In this document: in pieces, positions 17,939-26,251 of the stretch
How the letters are laid out: every line of letters begins with the position of its first letter
Numbering within the stretch: position 1 is the first letter of the stretch
Source of the DNA: Gammaproteobacteria bacterium
Lineage (GTDB): Bacteria > Pseudomonadota > Gammaproteobacteria > SZUA-140
NCBI GenBank assembly: GCA_015492435.1
Contig: WGFB01000051.1
Location: 15,100-79,099 of the forward strand
Direction: 5' to 3'
DNA length: 64,000 nucleotides
The notes under the pieces: model-generated
Told to the model about the DNA's origin: nothing
Database searches by the model: none
What the model saw: the letters and a program-made list of their open reading frames with translations, nothing else
Position numbers and translations under genes: made by a program

Positions 17939-20351
17939 GTTCACCAGCCATCTTGCTGTATTCCATGCGTATTTCTGCCAATTTCCGCACGCGCGCCAGC
18001 ACCCTCTGGTTGACACTGCCCTCGGGATAGCATCCTTCCGCATCCGGCGTCCCGGCCTCGACGCCAGTCAACAGGGTGATGGCCTCGTCGATGGTGGAGA
18101 CGGGATAGATGGCGAAGTCACCGGCCTCGACGGCCGCGACGACATCGCGGCGCAGCATGAGATGGGCTGAATTGGCGCGGGGTATCAGGACGCCCTGAAA
18201 CCTGGCGGCCCCCTGTAATCTGCATACATCGAAAAAGCCCTCTATTTTCTCGTTGACCCCGCCGATGGCCTGCACCTGGCCATGCTGGTTGATGGAGCCG
18301 GTCACCGCCAGCCATTGGCGCAGGGGCACATCGGCGAGAGACGACAACAAGGCGCACAGCTCGGCCACCGAGGCGCTGTCCCCCTCGATCTGGCCATAGG
18401 ATTGCTCGAACACCAGGCTGGCGGACAGGGACAGGGGCTGCTCGCGCGCGTAGCGCGCGGCGAGGAAGGAGGACAGGATCAGCACCCCCTTTGAGTGAAT
18501 GGCGCCGCCCAGTTCCACTTCCCGTTCGATGTCGATCACCTCTCCCTCCCCCAGGCGGGTATTGGCCGTGATGCGCGTGGGCTGCCCAAAGGAGAAATCG
18601 CCCAGATCCATGACGGAGAGGCCGTTCACCTGGCCAACGCGCTCCCCCGCGGTGTCGATGAGCACGATGCCACGCCGGATGTTCTCGTAGACCCTGTCAC
18701 GCACCCGGTCCGTGCGCCGGATACGGGCCGCGATGGCTCTTTCAACATCTTCATGCTCGATCGCCTCGTGGTCATGGCCGCGCGCCCAGTAGTCGGCCTC
18801 GCACAGCAGATTGCCGATATCCAGCAGATGGGTCGACAGCTTTTCCGCGTCGCCGGCGGCGCGGGCGCTGTATTCGATGATGCGCGCCACGGCATGGCGC
18901 GTAACAGGCAGCAGGCCGTCGCGGCGCGCCAGCGTGGCGATGAGGCGGGCATAGAGCATGTGGTTCTCGCTGCTGCGACCGATGTCCTCCTCGAAATCGG
19001 CGCACACCTTGAACAGTTCGTCGAACTCGTCGTCGTAGGCCATCAGCAGGTAATACAACATGCGGTCGCCGATGAGCACCACCTTGAGATCCATGTCCAC
19101 CTGCTCGGGTTCCAGGGACAGCGTGCTCACCAGACTGTAGAGTTCGCCCGGCGACTGTATGCGGATCCTGCCCGCCTTGAGTATGCGCTTGAGTCCTTCC
19201 CAGGCCAGGGGTTGCATGAGCACCTTGTTGGCGTCCAGGATGAGGTATCCGCCATTGGCCCGATGCAGGGCGCCCGCCTTGATGAGGGTGAAATCCGTGA
19301 CCAGGGCGCCCATCTGGGAAAGATGCTCCACGCGCCCCACCAGGTTCTGGTAACTGGGGTGGTCCTCGTAAACCACCGGCGCGCCGTGATTGCCGCCGTG
19401 GTCCACCAGTACGTTGACTTCATAGCGCCGGAAGCTTCCGCTTCCGGCGGAAACGAAATCGAAAGGCTGGGGAGGCGCCTCCTCCTGGCGGCGGAACTCG
19501 TCAAGGTGCTCCATGATATCCGCCCGCACCGCGTCCAGGTGGCTTGCCACCCGCGGAAGTTCCTGATACTTCGTCTTCAGTTCGTCAATGAGATTGCCCA
19601 CCGCGTACCGGCCTATCTCTTGATCCAGCCTGCGGACCTCCTCCCGCGCCTCGCGCTGCCACTGCGGCGTCTTGAGCATGATGCTGCCCAGTTTCTCCTG
19701 CAACGCCGCCACCGCCTGCTCGATACGCTGCTTCTCCTCGTCGGACAATTTTTCGTATTCCTCGGGCTTGATGACCTCCTTGTCTTTCTCCGGGGCGAAG
19801 GCGAACCCCGCCGGTGTGCGAATGAGCGCGATCCCCTGCTGCTCCCCCTCCCTGGCCAGATCCGCCAGGGCCCGTTCACGGCGCTCCTTGAACCTGCCTT
19901 CTATCTCGCGCACGCGGGCGTGATATTCCTCCGTCTCGAAGGCGAGGGGGATGGAGGCCCGCAGGTCGTCCACGAGACGCGCCATGTCGGCGCGCAGGCG
20001 CTGCCCCACTCCAGGTGGCAGGCGCATGGCGCGGGGACGCGCGGGTTGTTCGAAATTGTTGACATAGCAGAGATCATCGGGCGTTTCGGCCCGCGCCGCC
20101 ATCTGTTCCAGATACTGGCGCACCACGGTGTATTTCCCGATACCGGAAGGGCCGAGGACGAAGAGATTGTAGCCTCCGCGGCGGATACCCACACCGAAAC
20201 GCAGGGCTTCCAGCGCGCGTTCCTGGCCGATGATCCCGTCGAGGTCCTCCAGCTCTTCTGTGGTGCTGAAATGGAACTGCTGCGGATCGCATGTGCGATA
20301 CAATGCGTCGGGTGGGAGCGGCGATACCGGGGCCGGGAGTGATTCTTCCAT
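17916..20351 (-). CDS. Lon-like ATP-dependent protease, YcbZ (LonH-like) family: AAA+ ATPase plus S16 proteolytic domain
   Basis: 811 aa. Walker A GPSGIGKYT. The C-terminal region is highly similar to E. coli YcbZ (ELGGAIHSKGVLILSSFL..., SLVFEQSYGQIEGDSASVAELCALLSSLADVP..., GGVNEKIEGFF), including the catalytic Ser of the Lon protease domain. Confidence 0.85.
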   Translation of the reverse strand: MEESLPAPVSPLPPDALYRTCDPQQFHFSTTEELEDLDGIIGQERALEALRFGVGIRRGGYNLFVLGPSGIGKYTVVRQYLEQMAARAETPDDLCYVNNFEQPARPRAMRLPPGVGQRLRADMARLVDDLRASIPLAFETEEYHARVREIEGRFKERRERALADLAREGEQQGIALIRTPAGFAFAPEKDKEVIKPEEYEKLSDEEKQRIEQAVAALQEKLGSIMLKTPQWQREAREEVRRLDQEIGRYAVGNLIDELKTKYQELPRVASHLDAVRADIMEHLDEFRRQEEAPPQPFDFVSAGSGSFRRYEVNVLVDHGGNHGAPVVYEDHPSYQNLVGRVEHLSQMGALVTDFTLIKAGALHRANGGYLILDANKVLMQPLAWEGLKRILKAGRIRIQSPGELYSLVSTLSLEPEQVDMDLKVVLIGDRMLYYLLMAYDDEFDELFKVCADFEEDIGRSSENHMLYARLIATLARRDGLLPVTRHAVARIIEYSARAAGDAEKLSTHLLDIGNLLCEADYWARGHDHEAIEHEDVERAIAARIRRTDRVRDRVYENIRRGIVLIDTAGERVGQVNGLSVMDLGDFSFGQPTRITANTRLGEGEVIDIEREVELGGAIHSKGVLILSSFLAARYAREQPLSLSASLVFEQSYGQIEGDSASVAELCALLSSLADVPLRQWLAVTGSINQHGQVQAIGGVNEKIEGFFDVCRLQGAARFQGVLIPRANSAHLMLRRDVVAAVEAGDFAIYPVSTIDEAITLLTGVEAGTPDAEGCYPEGSVNQRVLARVRKLAEIRMEYSKMAGEHDEHHHA

Positions 20352-20399
20352 AACGGGTCGTTTGCCTTGGTTTTACTGCAAGTGATATCGTTCTGTAAA

Positions 20400-20646
20400 C
20401 CCAGTCATTGCATAAATTGGGTACTGGGATTGTGAAAGGTACAAGGTACAAGATACAAGGGAAGCAGCCTTTTGTATCTTGTATCTTGTATCTTGTACCT
20501 TTGTATTTTGTATCCTGCGCCTTCCTGTGGCCTGCTGCTGGATAAAACCTGGGGTGACGCCAGCGCTCGGGGCCGCCACACGCAGCAGGCGTATGAAACA
20601 AGGCGTTATCCTCAGTTGGCACTCGCAATTTTATGCAACTGCCGGG
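20400..20646. repeat. Heptamer-repeat MITE-like element, complete copy b (head hairpin + palindromic heptamer arrays + right terminal inverted repeat)
   Basis: Head CCCAGTCATTGCATAAATTGGGTACTGGGATTGTGAAAG (20400-20438); GTACAAGGTACAAGATACAAGG; a 9-nt loop; TTTTGTATCTTGTATCTTGTATCTTGTACCTTTGTATTTTGTATCC; then the right TIR GTTGGCACTCGCAATTTTATGCAACTGCCGGG (20616-20646), which is an imperfect inverse of the head core. It lies in the divergent promoter region between the Lon-like gene and phhB. Confidence 0.7.
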
Positions 20647-20706
20647 TAAAGTATAACCTGAATCAGTGAGTTCAGGCTCAACCCTGCGACTCGATGAGGT
20701 GGCATT

Positions 20707-21054
20707 ATGACTCAACTGCATGAAAACACCTGTGAAGCCTGCCGGCGCGGCGCACCGACGGTGACCGGGGAAGAAATCGCCGAGCTGTCTCCCCAAGTTC
20801 CAGAGTGGCAGATCGTCGAGGAAGACGGCATCAGAAAACTGCGGCGCGCCTACACCTTCAGGAATTTCGTGGAAGCCCTGGAATTCACCAACCAGGTGGG
20901 CGGCATCGCCGAGGAGGAAGGACATCATCCCGACCTGCTCACGGAGTGGGGCAAGGTCACGGTGACCTGGTGGTCGCACAAGATCAAGGGGCTGCACCGC
21001 AACGACTTCATCATGGCGGCCAAGACGGACCGGCTCTACACGCCCTCCACATAG
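20707..21054 (+). CDS. phhB: Pterin-4-alpha-carbinolamine dehydratase
   Basis: 115 aa; ...[58 protein letters not shown] matches the PCD/DCoH signature (EGHHPD). Confidence 0.85.
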   Translation: MTQLHENTCEACRRGAPTVTGEEIAELSPQVPEWQIVEEDGIRKLRRAYTFRNFVEALEFTNQVGGIAEEEGHHPDLLTEWGKVTVTWWSHKIKGLHRNDFIMAAKTDRLYTPST

Positions 21055-21121
21055 GGTGCTCGCTTGCCCCTGCCCCTCAGTTCCCTCTCCCCCTTGGGTG
21101 AGCTCGGCGCCGCTTTTCTTT

Positions 21122-22552
21122 TTACCCTTTGATACAGATCAACGGCTCCAGGCGAGCCACCTTGCGCGCCAGCCCCGCGTGGTCGGTACTGTCCACCACC
21201 TGATCCACGTCCTTGTACGCCAGGGGGGCCTCCTCGGCGATACCGCGCAGGCTGTGGCCGCGGATGACGATGCCGCGCCGCCCCAGTTCCTCAACGATGT
21301 CCCGGCCGCGCCAGCGTTTCTTGGCCGCGCTGCGGCTCATGGCGCGGCCCGCGCCGTGGCAGGCGGAACTGAAGGCATGGTGGGCGCTCTCCCGGGTTCC
21401 CGCCAGAATGTGGGAACTGGTCCCCATGGAACCCCCCACCAGTACCGGCTGCCCCACTTCGCGGAATGCCGCCGGCAACGCCTCGTGTCCCGGTCCCAGG
21501 GCCCGCGTCGCGCCCTTGCGGTGCACGAACAGGCGGCGTTCCCTGCCATCCACGATGTGTGTCTCCTCCTTGCAGGTATTGTGAGAGACATCGTAGAAGA
21601 GTGGCAGCGTGATGCCGGGAATGACCTCTTGCGCGGCCTGGCGCGCCAGGTGGGTGATGATCTGGCGATTGGCCAGGGCGCAGTTGATGGCGGCGCGCAT
21701 GGCGCCCAGGTAGTCCCGGCCCAGGTCCGAGCGAATGGGGGCGCAGGCCAGCTCCCGGTCCGGCAGTTCGATGCCAAAACCCGGCGCCGCGAGCACCATG
21801 CGCTTGAGGAACTCCATGCCGATCTGGTGCCCCAGGCCCCGTGAACCGCAGTGTATGCTGATGAGCACGTCGTCTTCCTGGATGCCGTAGCGGTGCGCGA
21901 TGTCTTCATCGAAGATCTCCGCCACGCGCTGCACCTCCAGATAGTGATTGCCCGAACCCAGCGTCCCCATCTCGTCCTGCTGGCGCTTGCGGGCATGCTG
22001 CGAAACCTTGGCGGGATCAGCGCCGGGCATTCTACCCCGCTCCTCCACGCGCTCCAGGTCGGCCTCGTTGCCATAGCCCTGCGCCACCGCCCACTGCGCG
22101 CCCCCGGCGAGCATCTCGTCCATCTGGCGGGCGTTCAGGTGGATATGGCCCGTGCTCCCGAGACCGGCGGGGATGGCATGATACAGGGCCGTCGCCAGGG
22201 CTTCCCGCCTTCCCTCAAGATCATGGGTCTTGAGTCCCGTATACAGGGCTCTCACCCCACAGGAGATGTCGAAACCCACCCCGCCCGCCGAGATGACGCC
22301 ACCCTCCGCCTCATCGAAGGCCGCCACGCCGCCGATGGGAAAGCCGTAGCCCCAATGGGCATCGGGCATGGCATAGGAGGCCTTGACGATGCCCGGCAGG
22401 GTAGCGACATTCATGGCCTGTTCCGCCACCTTGTCGTCCAGGCCGCGTATAAGGTCCTCGTCGCCATAGAGGATGGCCGGGACGCGCATTCTGCCCGTGG
22501 CCGGAATCTGCCATTCGCTGGCGGAGGGTCTTGTGAAGCGGGCGATATCCAT
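21122..22552 (-). CDS. rtcB: RNA-splicing ligase RtcB (3'-phosphate/5'-OH RNA ligase)
   Basis: Conserved RtcB blocks: DAHWGYGFPIGGVAAFD, GSGNHYLEVQ, HCGSRGLGHQIG, FVHRKGATRA, SACHGAGR. The start is taken at ATG 22552 (MDIARFTRPS). The track's N-terminal extension (TLVSCTLYLVTCTL) is a translation of the heptamer repeat. Confidence 0.93.
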   Translation of the reverse strand: MDIARFTRPSASEWQIPATGRMRVPAILYGDEDLIRGLDDKVAEQAMNVATLPGIVKASYAMPDAHWGYGFPIGGVAAFDEAEGGVISAGGVGFDISCGVRALYTGLKTHDLEGRREALATALYHAIPAGLGSTGHIHLNARQMDEMLAGGAQWAVAQGYGNEADLERVEERGRMPGADPAKVSQHARKRQQDEMGTLGSGNHYLEVQRVAEIFDEDIAHRYGIQEDDVLISIHCGSRGLGHQIGMEFLKRMVLAAPGFGIELPDRELACAPIRSDLGRDYLGAMRAAINCALANRQIITHLARQAAQEVIPGITLPLFYDVSHNTCKEETHIVDGRERRLFVHRKGATRALGPGHEALPAAFREVGQPVLVGGSMGTSSHILAGTRESAHHAFSSACHGAGRAMSRSAAKKRWRGRDIVEELGRRGIVIRGHSLRGIAEEAPLAYKDVDQVVDSTDHAGLARKVARLEPLICIKG

Positions 22553-22556
22553 AGAT

Positions 22557-22605
22557 GCAAGGGTACAAGTTACAAGGTACAAGGTACAAGATACAAGGGT
22601 ACAAG
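22557..22605. repeat. Heptamer array, copy c (7 tandem GTACAAG-type units), in the archease-rtcB intergenic spacer
   Basis: GCAAGGGTACAAGTTACAAGGTACAAGGTACAAGATACAAGGGTACAAG lies immediately 5' of the rtcB ATG inside a co-directional operon. The unit length of 7 is not a multiple of 3, so it is non-coding. Confidence 0.75.
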
Positions 22606-22655
22606 CTTGGGCTTCGCGGTGTTCAGGCCTGCGGTTCGGGGGTGAGACAGACTCG

Positions 22656-23108
22656 TCATACGTCCACCACGCATTGCGCGACCCACGTGCCCTGCTTGTC
22701 ACGACAGACTTTCAATTCGGTGAAGGTGGCGCCCTTGATCTCGACGGCGGGATGATGTTTCGCGGCATCGATGGGCTCGCCCCATGCCTCTCCCTGCAGG
22801 CCATCACCGGTAAAGGTCACGGAGAACCGGGAAAAGAGCATCTTGCGGGTGGCCATTTCATAGATCAGGGCGTTGATCCAGTCCAGGAGGAGGATCTCGC
22901 TGTCGTCGCCCGCGCATTCGATTCCGATGCGCTCACGGGGAGAGACGTCGGCCACACCGGTGATCACCGCCGTCAGGCCAAGGGCCGCCTGGACAAAGGC
23001 CTCTTCCAGGGTGCCCGCCAGGCCGCGTATCCCGATATCCGATTCATGGGAGAAGTGTTCCCAGCGGGGAGTGATCTTCGTGGTGGCGCCCATGCCCATG
23101 GAGGACAA
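22656..23108 (-). CDS. Archease (RtcB activator)
   Basis: PRWEHFSHESDIGIRGLAGTLEEAFVQAALGLTAVITG is the canonical archease N-terminal signature. The exact start codon is uncertain among the N-terminal Met codons. Confidence 0.9.
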   Translation of the reverse strand: MSSMGMGATTKITPRWEHFSHESDIGIRGLAGTLEEAFVQAALGLTAVITGVADVSPRERIGIECAGDDSEILLLDWINALIYEMATRKMLFSRFSVTFTGDGLQGEAWGEPIDAAKHHPAVEIKGATFTELKVCRDKQGTWVAQCVVDV

Positions 23109-23141
23109 TACTACCGGCTGGTGGGGTGGTGTTCAAACGGC

Positions 23142-23855
23142 TCAGGGCAGATATAGGGAAAAGCGCGCTCCGCCCTGCCCATCCCGGTTGGCGAGACGGA
23201 TATGACCCGCGCGGCCATCGCGGCGGTGCATGGCGGCGATGGCGCGGGAGAAATACAAACCGAGGCCGGTGTTGCCACTGGCGAAACTGACACCCGCTCC
23301 AGCGGCGGCCGCGTTTTCCAGCATGTGCCCGGGATAGCCCGGGCCGTCGTCCTGCACGGTGATCACCAGGCAGCCATCTTCACATCGCGCCTCGAGCGTC
23401 AGTTGCCGGCGCGCATGGCGGATGGCATTGTTGATGGCATTGCCCAGGACGCCCGTGACCAGTTCCCGGTCGAATACCCAGACGAGATCCTCCCCGCACA
23501 GCAGCTCTCCTTCGATATCCCTGCTCTCCAGAAGCGGGGTTTCCTGCAACAGCAGTTCCAACAGTACGTCGTGGACATTCCACTCGGCCAGGTTCGCGCT
23601 GAGCATGGCCTTGTCCATGCGATAGAAGCTGAGAAGCTGGATCATCTTGCCGTTGAGGCGCTTTGCCTCGACCTGCAACTGTCCAAGGCGCTGGTGGCCA
23701 CCCGCCTCCATATCGGGAATGCATGCCTCCAGGGAATCGAGGACGATGGTCAGGGAGTTCTTCATGTCATGGAGGGTCGAGGCGATGAGACTGCCGAAGT
23801 CAGCGCGGCCTTCGTCCGCACCTTTTTCCCCAGGCATGGATTTCTCAGGCAGCAT
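23142..23855 (-). CDS. Soluble histidine kinase (HisKA + HATPase_c, no sensor or TM domain)
   Basis: H-box STLHDMKNSL; N-box GNAINNAIRHA; G-boxes DDGPGYP and GNTGLGLYFSR. 237 aa; overlaps the upstream response-regulator gene by 11 nt. Confidence 0.85.
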   Translation of the reverse strand: MLPEKSMPGEKGADEGRADFGSLIASTLHDMKNSLTIVLDSLEACIPDMEAGGHQRLGQLQVEAKRLNGKMIQLLSFYRMDKAMLSANLAEWNVHDVLLELLLQETPLLESRDIEGELLCGEDLVWVFDRELVTGVLGNAINNAIRHARRQLTLEARCEDGCLVITVQDDGPGYPGHMLENAAAAGAGVSFASGNTGLGLYFSRAIAAMHRRDGRAGHIRLANRDGQGGARFSLYLP

Positions 23856-25482
23856 GGCTCTTGGTCAGGCGGCTGAGCCGTTCCTGCAGCCTGAACAGTT
23901 CGGCCTGGGGAGTACAACGCGCCTTGACTGTCTCCAGGCACTTGCGCGCCAGGCGCAGGTAATCCTCTCGCCCGCCATGTTGTTCCATGTGCATGATGAG
24001 CACCATGGCCGTGTTGGAATTGATGGTTTTATTGTCCGGCATGTCTTCGAGGGCCTCCTGAAAGAGGCTGATGGCTTCGCCAAGGCGCCCCTCCTGGGCA
24101 TAGCGGACACCCTGGTTATTGAGTTTCACCACCTTCCCCCGGCTGTCGGAAATGAGCCGCTTGCCTTCTTCCTCCATACCGACTTGGGCCAGGCTGTGTT
24201 GTATGCGCTCAAGCAGTGTCTCGTCCTCGTGGTGATTCTTGACCAGATCACTGACCAGCTCCGTGCCCTTGTCCTTGTCACCGTTTGCAATGAAGGCCTG
24301 GGCCATTTCCAGGATCAGCTCCGCCGGGAGCTGCCCGCCCATCCTGTCGAATTGCCCGGCGGCCCTGGCAAAGGCCTTGCGCGCTTCTTCTTCCCGCCCC
24401 ATCTCCAAGAGTACGCCATGCTCACACAAAGTGGCCTGGAAATCGGCCTGCTCATCGCGCGGGAAATCCTTGCGCAACTTGCCGAGTACCCTGAGGGCGT
24501 CCTTTTTGGAGCCGGTGTGCACCATGGCTCGGGCCTGCTTGGTGTAATTGGCGGGCGATTTGAAAACTGAATGGGCGCCGATCTGAACCGCTTTCTTGAA
24601 GGCGCGCTCGGCAATCTCATAGCGGCCCTTCTCCAGGGCCAGATCACCCAGCGCCATCTGTCTCTGGATGGCCTTGGGTGACAGCCTGGTGGCCGTGAGC
24701 AGGACCTCCACCGCGGCATCATCCTCTTCAAGACGCACCAGGCATCGGGCCAGCCAGTCATGGGCCTCCATATTATTGGCATTCTGGCCGATGATATCCG
24801 CGAAAATCTCACGCGCGGTCTCATATCGTCCCGTCCGATAGGCTATCCTGCCCAGGCCCATGCGCGCCCAGGGCACGTCCCTGCCGTCAAGTACCGCTTC
24901 ATAAACGGCCTGCGCCTCAGAGAATTGTTCCATCTTCTCATACAGTTCCGCCTTACACTTCAAGAACTCGGAAACATTGTGCGGTTTCTCGTGGATTTTC
25001 CCGTCGCACAACTGGATGGCCTGGATAAGTCTTCCCTGCCTGATGGCCCGCTCGATCTCCTCGAAGTCGCTTTTCCTGAGCATGATCTTCTCCAGGCGCT
25101 GGCGCAGGACGTGCTTGTTGAAGGGCTTTGACATATAGTCGTCCGGCTGATATTCCACCGCGCCCATGACCATGTGCAGAGTGTTCTCTGCCGTGATCAT
25201 CATGAACACCGTCGAATATCTCAACAGGTTCCTGTGCCGGGCCTCCTCCAGAATCTGCTGACCGTCCTTTTCCTCTCCCAGGTTATAATCGCAGAGGATG
25301 ACGTCGTAGTCCTTCTTCGCCATGGCAGTGAGTGCGTCCTTGCCATTGCCTGCACCGTCGACCTCGCTCACGCCATAAGACTCCACCATGTTTCTGAGCA
25401 TGCTGCGCATGTCGGCAAAGTCATCGATGATGAGGAACCGCTTGCCTGAGAAGTCCAGCAGTGGTTTTCTGGGTATTGTCAT
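23845..25482 (-). CDS. Response regulator: CheY-like receiver fused to a TPR-repeat domain (no DNA-binding domain)
   Basis: Receiver FLIIDDFADMR...DVILCDYNLG...SKPF; about 400 aa of TPR-like repeats follow. Confidence 0.85.
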   Translation of the reverse strand: MTIPRKPLLDFSGKRFLIIDDFADMRSMLRNMVESYGVSEVDGAGNGKDALTAMAKKDYDVILCDYNLGEEKDGQQILEEARHRNLLRYSTVFMMITAENTLHMVMGAVEYQPDDYMSKPFNKHVLRQRLEKIMLRKSDFEEIERAIRQGRLIQAIQLCDGKIHEKPHNVSEFLKCKAELYEKMEQFSEAQAVYEAVLDGRDVPWARMGLGRIAYRTGRYETAREIFADIIGQNANNMEAHDWLARCLVRLEEDDAAVEVLLTATRLSPKAIQRQMALGDLALEKGRYEIAERAFKKAVQIGAHSVFKSPANYTKQARAMVHTGSKKDALRVLGKLRKDFPRDEQADFQATLCEHGVLLEMGREEEARKAFARAAGQFDRMGGQLPAELILEMAQAFIANGDKDKGTELVSDLVKNHHEDETLLERIQHSLAQVGMEEEGKRLISDSRGKVVKLNNQGVRYAQEGRLGEAISLFQEALEDMPDNKTINSNTAMVLIMHMEQHGGREDYLRLARKCLETVKARCTPQAELFRLQERLSRLTKSHAA

Positions 25483-25603
25483 GCTATCGCCTCTGCAACC
25501 TGACGGATGAGCGCGCCCCGTCCGTGTATCAGGGACGGGCGCCTCTCCATGTTATCGGTCACAGTGGCTTAAATCCTTATCCCGGAAGCTTGCCGGGGGT
25601 TAT

Positions 25604-25655
25604 TTACCCAGCCTGGGAGGGAGCCTTTAGTATCTTGTACCTTGTATCTTGCGCC
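25604..25655. repeat. Heptamer-repeat element, short copy d
   Basis: CCCAGCCTGGGAGG hairpin-like head remnant followed by TATCTTGTACCTTGTATCTTG (3 units). Confidence 0.55.
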
Positions 25656-25688
25656 TCCCCGCGGCCTGCTGCAGGTGGCTTTCGGAAG

Positions 25689-25904
25689 TTACTCCAGGGT
25701 AAACCCGACCTTGATGGTGACCTGCCAGTGAGCCACCCTGCCGTCTTCGATGTGGCCCCGGGTGTCCACCACTTCAAACCAGCGCATGTTGCGCACGGTC
25801 TGCGCGGCGCGGGACACCGCATTCTCAATGGCATCCTCGATACCGGTTGTGGAAGAACCGGTCAGCTCGATCTGCTTGTAGACGTGATTGCTCATGGGCG
25901 GCAC
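25689..25904 (-). CDS. Dodecin (small flavin-binding protein)
   Basis: 71 aa; [68 protein letters not shown] matches the dodecin fold signature. Confidence 0.85.
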   Translation of the reverse strand: MPPMSNHVYKQIELTGSSTTGIEDAIENAVSRAAQTVRNMRWFEVVDTRGHIEDGRVAHWQVTIKVGFTLE

Positions 25905-26020
25905 CTCCGGGCAAGGGAAACAAAGGTCTGGATTTAGATACCATTATACTACACCCGGCAGTGACATAAAATCGCACGTGCCAGCCTTGTTTCAAACGCC
26001 CTGCTCTGTGACGTCCCCAA

Positions 26021-26148
26021 GCGTTGGCGTCATATTCAAAGCAGGTACAAGAGGCAAGGTACAAGATACAAGGGACAAGGTACAAGGGGTAGCGTTTTGT
26101 TTCTTGTACCTCTCATGGTCCCAGCACCCAATTTTCCGCAATGACTGG
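26021..26148. repeat. Heptamer-repeat element, copy e (boundary motif + heptamer array + inverted head hairpin)
   Basis: GCGTTGGCGTCA boundary (shared with copy a); GGTACAAGAGGCAAGGTACAAGATACAAGGGACAAGGTACAAGG; spacer; CTTGTACC; then inverted head CCCAGCACCCAATTTTCCGCAATGACTGG. Confidence 0.7.
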
Positions 26149-26195
26149 ATACAGGGTGGCGGGCGTCACCCGGATTCTGTAATACCTGAACCCAC

Positions 26196-26238
26196 GTATC
26201 CAGGTAGTAAATATCCCCCGGCAAAGCCGGGGGATATT
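26196..26238. terminator. Perfect 18-bp-stem palindrome hairpin immediately downstream of uup (no U-tract)
   Basis: GTAGTAAATATCCCCCGG-CAAA-GCCGGGGGATATTTACTAT. Either a terminator-like element or a REP-like element. Confidence 0.45.
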
Positions 26239-26251
26239 TACTATGCGCGCG

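Noticed and set aside
18495-20342. 615-aa plus ORF and 16348..17331 minus ORF
   Set aside because: They are antisense to the Lon-like protease and pcm respectively, with no domain signatures.
17916-20351. BREX BrxL interpretation of the Lon-like protease
   Set aside because: The C-terminal half is collinear with E. coli YcbZ. No BREX partners (pglX, brxC, pglZ) are present within 20 kb on either side.
22553-22702. N-terminal 50-aa extension of rtcB (TLVSCTLYLVTCTL...)
   Set aside because: It is a translation of the heptamer repeat array in frame. The canonical RtcB N-terminus begins at MDIARF (ATG 22552).
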